Assembly: GCA_051362555.1 (NCBI GenBank)
Contig: CM120640.1
Span: 44,928,788-44,992,787, forward strand
DNA: 64,000 nucleotides
Reading direction: 5' to 3'
From: Lingula anatina
Lineage: Eukaryota > Animalia > Brachiopoda
This document shows positions 9,944-22,045 of this stretch, piece by piece; within the stretch, counting starts at the first letter, position 1; each line of letters begins with the position of its first letter. The notes under the pieces were generated by a model, which was given only the letters and a program-made list of their open reading frames with translations, searched no databases and had not been told where the DNA came from. Both the position numbers and the translations under genes were made by a program.

Positions 9944-12900
9944 TAGTAAGTTTCTCCATATTTCTTGTCTTAAAATGATATATCTCCAATTGTCAAAATG
10001 AATATCTGTATGGAGACAATAGCTAAAACAGTCCTAAGTGTTGAATGATGATGTTTTATAAAGAGGATCTATTGATAAAAAGCTTGTCTTGTTCAGTTAA
10101 ACACTTGAGAGTTCATGCAATCTTTCAAATACAGCTTTGAAAATAATACGAGTGTTACAAAAACATCCAAAAACACACAAAGCTTTCACAAACTGCTGGT
10201 ATAGAAAGTGTATATCAAAGAAACAATCCGCCATTTTCAAATTGTGATATGACACCACACGTGCAATCTTTTGTGATTTAAGTTACAAACTGGGTGTGAT
10301 ATCTCCAATTTGTGAAATAAATAAAATGATCATGTCAATGCTAATTTACCCAGACTCTATCTATCAGGAAGCTATGCAGTATAGAAAATGCAGGAATGTC
10401 ACAGTTTAATGATTCAAAAAGAATATTTATGGCAAGAATACATATGAATTTTAACATATTACTAGATGTTTACCCAGTGTGCATAATTTAGTTCTCAGCA
10501 AGACCCCCCCCCCCACACCAAATCTGGTAAAGCACTAGATACACCCTTGGGTTATATATACATAACCAGCCTCTGACCTAGCAATATATTTACCTTCTTA
10601 TCTTTCTTTGGAGTTCCATCCTCCAATGCACTGCCGGAATTTTGGACTACAGGAGTACCAATTTCCTCCCCCTCATCTTCTCTGAGATCCTCTAAGAAAT
10701 TGGAAGGTACCAAGCCCTGACGACCATTTAGTTCACCGAGAAAAAAGCCATCTTCATCCATTTCACCATACACCAGGATTATCTGTCCAGCTGAGAATGC
10801 CAACTCCACCTATGTCACAAATATACTATATCAATATACATATAAATAATAATAAAAAAAAAATACTTCGACCAATAAATAAATATATAATCATCAATCA
10901 AATAAATAGAAAGCAATTACCTACTGTAAATGCAAATGAAAAATAATTATATAAAAATTATTATAATTATTAAATATTCTGACATGCTATCAATCAAAAG
11001 TTCTGAAGAGCAATTTGGGCAGTGCAATCTTTACCTCATCTGCATCTACATTGGGGGAAAGTTCCTCAGGATCATAGTCATAAAGAGCTATCATTTTTCT
11101 GGCAGGGCCTTGCTTTGGAAAGATGAGGTATCCATTGGAATCATGTTTTTCATCTGGGGTCACATCGTATGCTGAAAAAAAGGAAAAAAGATCAATGGTA
11201 AAAACCATCGTATAAACACACAAATACATGACAGATAAAGCTGATTAATTTACCTTGGTAAAAATCAAACCCTTCATACTTGAATTCTTTAAGCAATGAG
11301 AAACATTTTAATTTGATATTTTGCAACAATTTGAAAAGAAAATATAATTGAACTGAAAGAAAAAGGTACGAGGCTTTTTAAAAGTGGGAGAGAAAGTCCC
11401 AAAATAATAAGAGTTTCTTTGAGAACCATTATAGAAAGCATGAATCTGGTTAAACACATGGAAATTCATTCAATATCTTCATATTTTTCAGAATTTATAA
11501 CATTCTGACCTTGCTCTCTTCCACCAGGCAGTTGATTGCTGTCTTGTTTGTGGCTCATGCTCTGTTCCAGCAGACCGTCTGCCACATCTTGATCCTCCAC
11601 TGAGATCTCAGACACCATGTTGCCTGGCACGTAGCCAAAACGCCCACCTGATTCACCGTGGAAGAAACCATCTTCATCTGCTTCTCCATATACCTGAGGA
11701 GAATACATTTAGGAGAAAAAAATGACAAATTATCACAGTTTACAATTATGTGTGATACTTTGCAGGGTAAAATGTAACTGCAGAAGAAGTTTTTTTTTTT
11801 TGCTTCCTTATACCATTATTATCTCATAACTCTTGGGAATTTCTTTTTGGGTTAAACAAAACAATCCAATGAATTTATTTATCAAACAATATCAAATTGA
11901 ATTTCTTTTGAATAAAACCTATCTACAACATCAAACTGAATTTTAAATTTGACAAAGTACAATTTTATTAAATATAATATAAAAATATTCATTTATTTTA
12001 TGTATTTGGTACATTTATATTAAATCGAAAAGAAACGTGTATAATCTTTATCTCAGTTTTCACCGACCTTGATAAGCTGTCCCTCTTTGAAAGGCAGTTC
12101 CTCAGCAGCAGCTCCAGGGTTAGGAGACATCACCTCAGGGTCATAGTCAAACAAGGCAATGAACAACCGTACAGGTCCCTCTGGTATCATCTCTTCAGCA
12201 TTCTCCTCCAAGGACTCACCCTCTCCATCATCCTCGTAGTCAATCAACTCAGACTCTGGGATATCATCCCTGATAGAACTCCTGGACAAATTCTCAGACG
12301 CAGAACTTTTTCTTTTCTCCTTTGATGAGTCCATGCCTGTCCTTTCTTCACCCTTGTGGACCCCAGTGCCACTGGTGGGTTTCTCTTTTTCTTTGGCTCG
12401 TTTCAAACTGCTGGCCAACTCTTGGTCTAAAGATTGAGTATTAATTGGCTCTTCTTTTCTCTCCCTGTACCCATCCCGTTTGTCCATACCAGGTCCATAT
12501 TTAGTGTCAGAGCCAGGTTTGTGCTGATGCTGTGTTCCTCTGGGTTGGGCTTTCCCCTGGATGCTGGGACTGTATCCATAGCGAGGAGAGTGACCAGAGC
12601 TGACATTGTCACTGCTGTAACTTTCAAATTCATCGTCACTGTAATTTCCCTCCTCTTCTGATGAGCCGCTGTCCTTGGTAATTTCTGAAATGATCATGTG
12701 GAACTGATAAGTATGTACCATGAAAGTGCAAAATTGAAGCTTGAAATGAAATAAAACCTTTGCCTGAAGAGACATCAACCTGTGAACATTTTCATTTTCT
12801 TCTAAATCGGTAAATATTTCAGACAGGACAGACAAACTATGAGGATGCTTTTCATCCAATTAATGCCCGCAAGAACAGATTAACAGGTCTTTCTACTACT

Positions 12901-15900
12901 AAATCAAGTGGCAACAAATCTATCAAGGAGCAATCGATCTGGAACTATTCCAATTTGACATTCTTACCAATAGATGGCACTGAGAACTGATGTGGAGTCC
13001 TGCTGAAGGAACCATCTGTAGACCTAGAACTCCCCCTCACCTCCCCGGGACTAATACTAACACCAATATCACCCACGCCTAGACTGTCTTCCTTAGCTGG
13101 TTGGGCGTCGGCACTGGTAGATCTCTTTTCTTGCAATGTACGTCCAGTTACATCCCGATGTGTATGATCAGACCTATGATGTTTGTCTTTTCCTGTAGAT
13201 GTATCATGATCCTTTTTGTCCACATGTTTATGTTCACCACCCTCACTAGGGACATGGTGTTCTTTTTTCTCTTTAAGGCCCTCCTTTTTCCTGGGTGAAT
13301 GGCCTTCTTTGTGTTTGTGTATAGGACTTTCATTGTCTTTGGCAAATGGCTTTGTGTCCTTTACACTTTCTCCTTTCTCTCTAGGCGTGTGTTCCTCCTT
13401 TTCTTTAGTTTTATGCCCCTCCTTCTTTTTAGGTGACTGATCACTCTTATCTTTAGACACTCCCTTTTCTCTTAAATGTTTATCTTTATGTTCCCCCTTA
13501 TGTTCCCTCTGCTCGCCATGTCTGCTACCCCTTGGGGTAACTTTTGTCTGATCTCTCTCTTTATCTTTAGTAGTCCTTGGAGTAATCTCACCATCAGATT
13601 TATCTTTCTTTGACTTAGATCCAGATCTCTCTCTTCCTTTTGTTTCCTCCTGATCAATTGAAGATTCTCTGGACAGTGAACCGTGTCTGTGTTTCTGTCC
13701 GGATTTATGTTCTTTGTCAAGAGCTTGAGCAAGTGGAGAAGTTGAAAACTCACTGTGGACTTCTTTGTCTTTTCTGCCAGTAGTTTCTGCTGGAGTTTTA
13801 GTGTGCCTATCTCTATCTCTGCTGTGTTTTGGGGTACTGGTGTGGAAGGGTGGCTGGTCATCTGTCAGGTGAATGACCCCAAATGTGGGCTTAGGACCTG
13901 GGGAAATGACCATTTGACCATGATGCTTCTTTCTGTCCTCTTTGTCTGATGTAGCCTGGATAAAAATATAACTGATCAGGTATATTATAACTCAGAGTAT
14001 TATTATATTTAAAAAAACTATTACTTTAAGAAATCAATATGTCACAACTTACTACAGGGGTGTATGTGTCTGTAACCCAGTTCACATTTCAGGTTTTCAG
14101 ACTATGCTTGGATCATACTAATTTTTTTTCAAAATCAGTTACTCTTGAATATGTACAAATGATGAAAGATAAAAAAAGTTCCCAAACAACTGAACACTAT
14201 ATACACTTTAGCAATTAATACTTGCTGTTTCTTTATTTTCATAACCAAGCTAAATTATTTTTATCTGTGTTTTAATCTGTGGTCATTGTAACTACCAAAA
14301 CAAAATCAGTTTGCCAATAAGCAAAAAAAAAAAAAAGTCTTACCCCTTTTAACAATAATGGAGCAGGCAGAGGAGCTTTCTGAGAGTCACCCAGTCCTGG
14401 AAATTCTATGTCTAAGAAACTATCAGAAGCCTCCTCCTCTTCATCAGCCTCTTCAAAAGCTCCCTCTTCCTCCTCTGTGATATCTGACAGCTCAGACTGA
14501 CTGCTGTCTTCTATGGCTCTAAACAGCACCGTTGGAATGGGTTTCTAGTGAAAATGAGGACATTTATCACTTTCATTATAAAACATATAATACCAATTAC
14601 TGCAGACACCTTATTTGAAAAAACTAATTCATATAAGTATTAGGCAAAATTGTCTTTAACTATTAGCACAACCAATCTAAAACCAATTGGAAAAAAACAA
14701 CAGAAACCCCATCTTAATAAAAAAAAATAACGTAAAAAAAAAAAAAAAATAGAAAAAATATCAAACCAAGACTACATACAATCTTAATTTCATTATAAAC
14801 TGCTCCAAATCTATGCTACCAGTCTTGTACATGTCATCCCCATTAACAAGCCATATGTTCAAAACATATATTCACTTTAGCATTCAACATACAGGCACAA
14901 GGGTTTAATAATGTATTGATCCTTTTAAACTTAAACATGTAAATCAAAGACCTCAGCATATCATTCAATAGTAATTATTTTAGGTTGAAACATGCTTGCA
15001 GCTAGTTTTCATTGTGTTCATAGTGACATACTTAATGGGTGATACATCTCTTTCCCCAGAGGTACAAATCAGTATCAATATGTTGGGTAACATACAACAG
15101 AATACAATCCTACCCAAAGATCAGTGAAAACTCTCCATATACTTATAGCATAGAATAAACTACCTTGTTGTCAGTTTTCCCAGCATCCTCATCACTACCC
15201 TCGAGCACAGCTGGCTTGTGAGTAGGCTTGATGGCAGTGAGGGTGGTTGGCTTGTACAGCTCTTTGTTGATGTCATCACTGCTGCCTTCATCTGAGTCTG
15301 AGGCACCAGCATACATCCCACCCTCTGCCTTCTGGAGAGCATAATTACAATATAAAACTGCTGATAATGCTGTATGGGAGACCTTCCAGTAGCATAAAAA
15401 TAGGCTTGCAATTTTAAGTGGGAAGTTTAAGAGAATTTTTTGAAGCAAAAATATAATTTGGCAAAATACATTTTCAACTCACATCAAAATTAGCTATATA
15501 ATTCACAATTCTGCTAAGAGAACATTTAGGCTTCGTTCACATGGAAAGTCTATTTTCTAAAAATCTATTTTCTATTTGCGGTATATCTTGTGATCATGGT
15601 CTGTGCCCTGAATATCCTGCGGCGTAATTACTAATTCCACGAGAATTAATTACAGCTTTGTATAAGTAACTGGCTCTCGCTGCCAGTAATTACGCCGCGG
15701 GATATTCAGGGCACAGACCGTGATCATAAGATACCGCGAATAGAAAATAGATTTTTAGAAAATAGACATTCCATGTGAACGAAGCCAAAACTTTCAACTC
15801 TGAGCAAACATAAAAGAAACAAAACAACATAAAACAAGGAGTCCCCTTACCTTTTTCTCAGCCACCTTCTGAGCAGCCTCTGCTGCAATAGTCTTGGCAC

Positions 15901-18900
15901 TGGCCACTTTGACTTGCTTTTCTAACTGACCAGTGGGCAGGCTAACTGCCACTGAGTCCCCGGACATTTGAGCATGGGACTTGGTTCTCATGGTCAGTAG
16001 TTTAGGCTGCTGGCCAGCAGTGGACAGCTCAACAGAACTGATGGTCACTTGGTCAACTGAAATTGTATGGGATTTAAAATAAAAATGGAATTTAACTCGA
16101 TATTCATTTTTCACTTTTAATTTCTTTTCAGTAAAGTTATAGCTGAAATACTGCACCATATTTGACATAACTTCCAATATCAAATATTTCAAAATCACAA
16201 ATTTGACAATGTTTTTTACAAGAAAGTTTTTCTAGGGAATGAAGCAAGAGACCCACTTACATCTATAAAAAATTCTAAATATCACAGCTCCCTTTCTACA
16301 GGCATGGACATCTTCACTAATATAACTTAGATGCCAAAACAGAATAATACTAGCTCCTCTCCAATTCACTTCAAATCAAAAATACTTCAATCATCAAGCC
16401 TCTAGCAAACAGAAGTAATAGTTGGATAATGAAGAGAAAAAAGATCCTACCTGTGGGCCCATCAATATCCTTGATCTTCTTACCATCCACAAAGACTGCA
16501 TACCCTGTCACCAGAGCTCCATTGGATGTCCCACTGGGGTTGATGGTCACTGGGAGCCAAGTGACCACTAGTGATCCTGACTGGAGCTTACTGTCCACTT
16601 GGACATCTAGGGGTGGGTCTGGGATACCTACAGATATCAATATAATTAACTGACCAGATCTGAACTTTGCTGAACCCAGGGCATTAAGTACAATTATTTT
16701 CTTTTTTTTTTCATGAAGGAAACAATAAACAATGACAACAATTTAAATGTATTTTAGACTGCAATTACCAAAAACACTAAAGTAGTAAAATAAGAAAAGC
16801 TCATGCCACATATGGCAATAACAAAACATTGACTAAATAAAATCCATTACTAAATGCAGGCTACATCAACTTTAATGTCTCATTCTCCGAACATCACTTT
16901 AAAATTCCATTACAATATTTCCAATATAGTAATCCAATGCGAAGCCCTACACTTTCAAAGTTTTAAATCAAAACAGCTCCTAGCACACCTACCTCCTGCT
17001 TGAGTATGGAAGGTAATACTAGATGACATGGAAGACTGTTTCTTCTTATTTTTTTCATCTTCGTACGTACTCTTTATACTCTTAGCTTGCACCATAGCTG
17101 TGTATTGAGTAGAGGGGGTGAGCCCCGTAAGTGTCTGTTTGTAGACTCCAGGTTTTACTGTTCTCACTTCCTTGTCATTGAGATAGATCACATGTTGATA
17201 GTTGCTGTTGCCTGGATACCAGGACAAAATGGCAGATGTGGCAGTGGTGGCAGAGACTTTCAATTCTGTTGGAGCAAGGGCTGCATCTACAGAAGACAAC
17301 AGAAAATCCATCATAGATACCGATGTATGGTTATCTTAAAAATGCAAAACTGGAAAAGATGCTGCATTGAATATAATACTGTTTCTTAATATACACTGTA
17401 ATTTCACTTCCCAGACCCAAAACACTTACCATTACCATTTTACAAGTAAAAAATTGCATTTCATTTCATACAAGAGACAAACAACCAAGCAAATAAATAA
17501 ATAATCCACACATAAAACTTCCCCAACTATTTACCAACCTGCCATCAACACCACTACACTATGATGCCCAAGTCAAAATCAATAATAAAAGGAAAAATAA
17601 TTTTTGAAACTAGCAACAGCACAATCCTAAATCCTAAAGTGGGAAAATGCCATCTCTTGATATATTCCACAACTGCTAAGGATTGACCATAACCAGAGTG
17701 CTCCACAACCAGACAAAACCTATCAATCAAGAAACTGGAGTAAAGGCAAACACCTAAGACATGCCAAATCCTGTTTCGTAGTTCAAAGAGCTCAGAAACT
17801 AGCAAATAAACCCAGCCATTCCATTTTCACTATGAGATCTATCACTCACTCTCCATAGACCTGGGTACAAATACCACATTTTTTATTAGTTGTAGGATGG
17901 TGCTATCTTTCCCTTCGTAATCATACATCTCTGAAAATATCAGAATTTTAAATCTCTATTTTGTCTAAAAAAGGAACCAGAATCATGGAACGAAAATACC
18001 TAATATATCTTTAAAATAAAACATGCCTCTTAACAATTAAGTACCATATAGCCTCTTTCTCACTGGTGAGGGGAGAGGTTATTTGATAGCAGTGAAAAAG
18101 AAATTAATAACAATACAGAAACATCTGCAACTTTTAGCATGTTACTAAACAATGTACAATATGTAGGAGTTGTTTCTCACCTTTCCCTATCATAATGGTA
18201 CACTCCTGGTCCTTTGACTGACCTCGGGCCATCACTGTGCGGACACAAATGCGGTGAGGCTGGACAAAAGAAAATATGAAATGTTGCACACTATTATAAC
18301 AAAATTAAAATGTAAAGAAAAGATTGTATACAGCATTATTTGTCTCCATCCTATCACAGCAGATTGCAGACAAAATAAGGTTAGAAAATCAATGTTTATT
18401 CCATCCAAACTTTGGAAGTAGAGAAAATTAACAATGTGTACTGCCTCAACAGAACATCCAAAGCAATTTATTCCAAAGTATACAAAAGATGCAAGTTTTC
18501 CATGAATTAGTTATTGTCTTGGATTCTCAGATCTCAGTTTCCATTAAAATGAATCTGAATACATTAATAATCAAATACATTATTCAAGAAGTAAACCAAA
18601 ACAAGATGCATCAACTAGCAATCTGAAAGGTAGAAGTCAAAAACATTTAGACAGGCGAAAACCAGCAGAGTCTTTTCTTAAAAAATATCATGCGACTGTA
18701 TAATAAAAACACATTTTTACATGGACAAAACCAGACTTACCTTATTTGCCTGTACTCCTTCTACCAGAGCCTTGGTCTTCTCAGTACCCTTGATAGAGGT
18801 TTTAAAATGTCCATCTACATAGACATGGTATGCCTGGATATCTGTGGGCTTGATGTGATCAGGGGGGCTCCAGCCTACCACTATACTGTTACTCAGCTGT

Positions 18901-21900
18901 CTCTCTAATGTTAACTTTCTAGGAGCAGGAACGCCTGCCATTAAAGAAGACCATTGAACATGTAAAAATCTTTTTCAATTCATTTGTAAAGGCAAATCTA
19001 CATGAAATCACAAAAACCCTTCAAGATTTTGTGGATCATATGGCTTTGAGATTTCAACAATGCATCTGAATTTGAAAAATAAATAAATATATAAATTGCT
19101 CACAATTGCTGTATTGAAATACATTCTAAAACAAATACCATCAATGAATCGGTCTTTGGTGTCATATTAAACATTTGTGATATGAAAAGCATGAATCTTG
19201 AAAGGCTGATATATGCCAGGACTCTGGGGTGGGGGTGGGGGTGGGGGTGGGGGGGGTAGTTCACCTTACCCTGCACAGCTACTGTCACATCTAGCACAAT
19301 CCCATCGCAGTGTGCTATATCAAACGTAATTAAAGGCATGGGAGACAAATTATTGCTGTAAAACTCTATAAAAGCAGATTTTGATCTTATTTGCCTTTGC
19401 AACTCCCCATCCCCATTTACAATATAAGCTAATTGTTACCTTATAAAAATGTTAATGCTTTAAACATGGAACATTTAGAGCATTTTAGGGTTATCAATAA
19501 GATAACTCCCTGTATTGTGACATGAATGTATTGCCCCTATATGCCTTCACACATTGTGGCCATAAGCACAGCAGCACACAAGAAAAGTGCCACACCAAAC
19601 ACACTAACCACAAATACTTAGCAATCCGTCAGTACAGGGTGTGTTCACATCCTGACGAACTGAGAATGGAAATAAGACTACCTCAAGTAACCAGTCTATC
19701 AGAGTCTATTTCCAGTCTAAGTTTATCAGTCCTGCGGGCAGGGGAGTTTCACTGGTTCAAAAGAGCAACCTTTTATGAGCCCTCCCCCTCTCCAAAAAAG
19801 TACACAAAATAGGTTCTATGCAATTTCACAGGTTTGGTCAACTAAGAGGGTAAAAGGTCCACTTTTTTCAGAAAAGAACCCCCTATTGCAAACTGTTAGC
19901 TGCAGGTCCGTTTATTCATGTGAACATGACCTCTGCAAGAAGTTACACTGAGTCAAAATACTGATTTCACACAACGTACAAAAAGCTACATTTACCACTT
20001 AAAAACATGAATGAATAAGCATTAATAAAAAGAAGTCTACTCTAAGGTGATACTACAGGAGGTTTAGTGCAAATTCCAACAGACACAACAAGTTACTAAA
20101 GCAAAACTAATACTAGCAGTATTACACAAAACACAAAAGTTGCAAAATAAGACAGAGCTTCAAGTGCCCTTGTCAGGCCCCCTTACCCATGCGTCTCTCA
20201 CCACTACCACCACTTAAGTTAGTGAGATCAGATTTGTCTGTCTGTGTCAAGTTTTCTTCATCAACTTCCTCGATGTCTTCTAGATCGCTGTCTGGCAGGT
20301 CACACACATTTCTCAAGGCATGGATGTCCTCTACAGGCAACAGGATGGATTTCTAGTTATTCTACAGTTTCTAATCTGACAGATTTTTTTCTCTTTTTAA
20401 TTAGAAAGGAAGGCATATGTGATTTTGAATTTGTGTATCTAGGACTTGATTCCTAGAGAGCCAGCAATTTGACACAAAGAAATAACAGTTAATTTATAAT
20501 AAATGAAAAATGTGCATAGAATGAAATAGATAGTGCTTTAAAACAACATAAAGAAGACATGCTCCATGAATAAAGTTCAGTGACAAGCAAAGTGAATGTA
20601 CACTGTCAATCAGTTTATCTCCATATAAAGTTCCATAATGCATATCAGTTACATATGAACAGCTAAGCACAGCTATGCAAACACAATCATACCATTATCA
20701 GTGCTACAGTAAAGCAATTAGTATAAGTGCCAGTAACATAGATCTGAGTGACTTTGATGATATCAGGATAAACCTTTCAAGTTGTCCTTTCTAAGATACA
20801 AATAACATGCTAACATTACTACTATGTAAACTCTTTCTGGTTATCTCTCGCACACAACTCACCCATACAAGATATCTCGAAAACCACCCACAATGAAGTA
20901 ATGGATGATATAATATTATGTCATTTAATCACACTGCTGCCAAGGCACTGTATCATATTTGGAAATATTGATTGTTTTCAAAGTCTAACCTCTATAACTT
21001 TTGGGGAAATTCAATAAAAAATGTTGCACAAGGATGATACTTGAGACCCATCCAAATCTAGAATTAAAAAAAAAAAAAATCCCAGGCAAGTCTGTCTTAA
21101 TGAGTATCTTATGTACTACATCAAACCTCCCCCATCCCCACTTACCAGGCAAGTCTGTCTCCATAGATATCTTCTCAGACTCATCACTGCTGTTGAAGTC
21201 CAGCTCCTGCTGCAGACTGTTGTCAAAACTACTGTCCTGGTCTGAGGTCCCTGCCATCAGGGCTGTGTGCAAGGCCTCCAGCTCATCATCTGTAAATTAA
21301 CCCCGACATATCATAAATCAATATGCCTTTTTTTTAATGAGACATGGTAAAAGTTTTTGTTAGCAGCTGAGAGAGTTTTTTTCCCCTTTTTTAAAAGAAG
21401 ATATATACTAGACTATTTGAATATCATGTAAAAACTTAATACTTAATGTTTCATCATTGAATTTGTAAGCAGATCAGAGAATTTTTCCTTTCTTAAAAGA
21501 AGATATATTCCATTTGAATATTATGTTAAAAAGCTATTTTTGATGCCCCTCTGTACCAGTGACTTTCTCCACAAAGTTAGAAGGCACAAGTCCTCTGCGT
21601 CCATCCATGAGTTCTCCATCATAGAAACCATCTTCATCCACACCACCACTAACGTATACATAATCTCCAGCATTAAGTGCCAGCTCAGCCTCGGGATTCT
21701 CATTAGGGGAATATTTCACTGGGTCATAGCTATACTTTGCCACAAAGACCTGAACTCCCGTCTTCTTTAACAAATTGGGTATCCTCAGTGAAGGGTTGTC
21801 TGCCTCACTGGTGGGCTCAGCCTGCAAAGAAAAGTAATGTCCCTTGAGATTCCTTACAACATCTGATATATGTGAATCAGAAGAAATATTGAAAATTGTG

Positions 21901-22010
21901 GACAATATCCCCTTTTTAAAATATTAAAATAGCTATTATGATACAGGTTATCAAAGTTCTCAGATCCTAGGCAAAAAAAAAAAAAATAATAATAATAAAA
22001 AAAAAAAAAA

Positions 22011-22045
<35 letters not shown>

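Noticed and set aside
9801-10001. Poly-lysine ORF
   Set aside because: Translation of an intronic poly-A/T tract.
12434-13949. Plus-strand and alternative-frame ORFs over the large RIMBP exons
   Set aside because: Shadow ORFs of a low-complexity coding region.
16261-16262. tttatag|AT|gtaagt apparent 2-nt exon
   Set aside because: Would shift the frame. It shows that acceptor-donor juxtapositions occur by chance here, which also tempers the other microexon calls.
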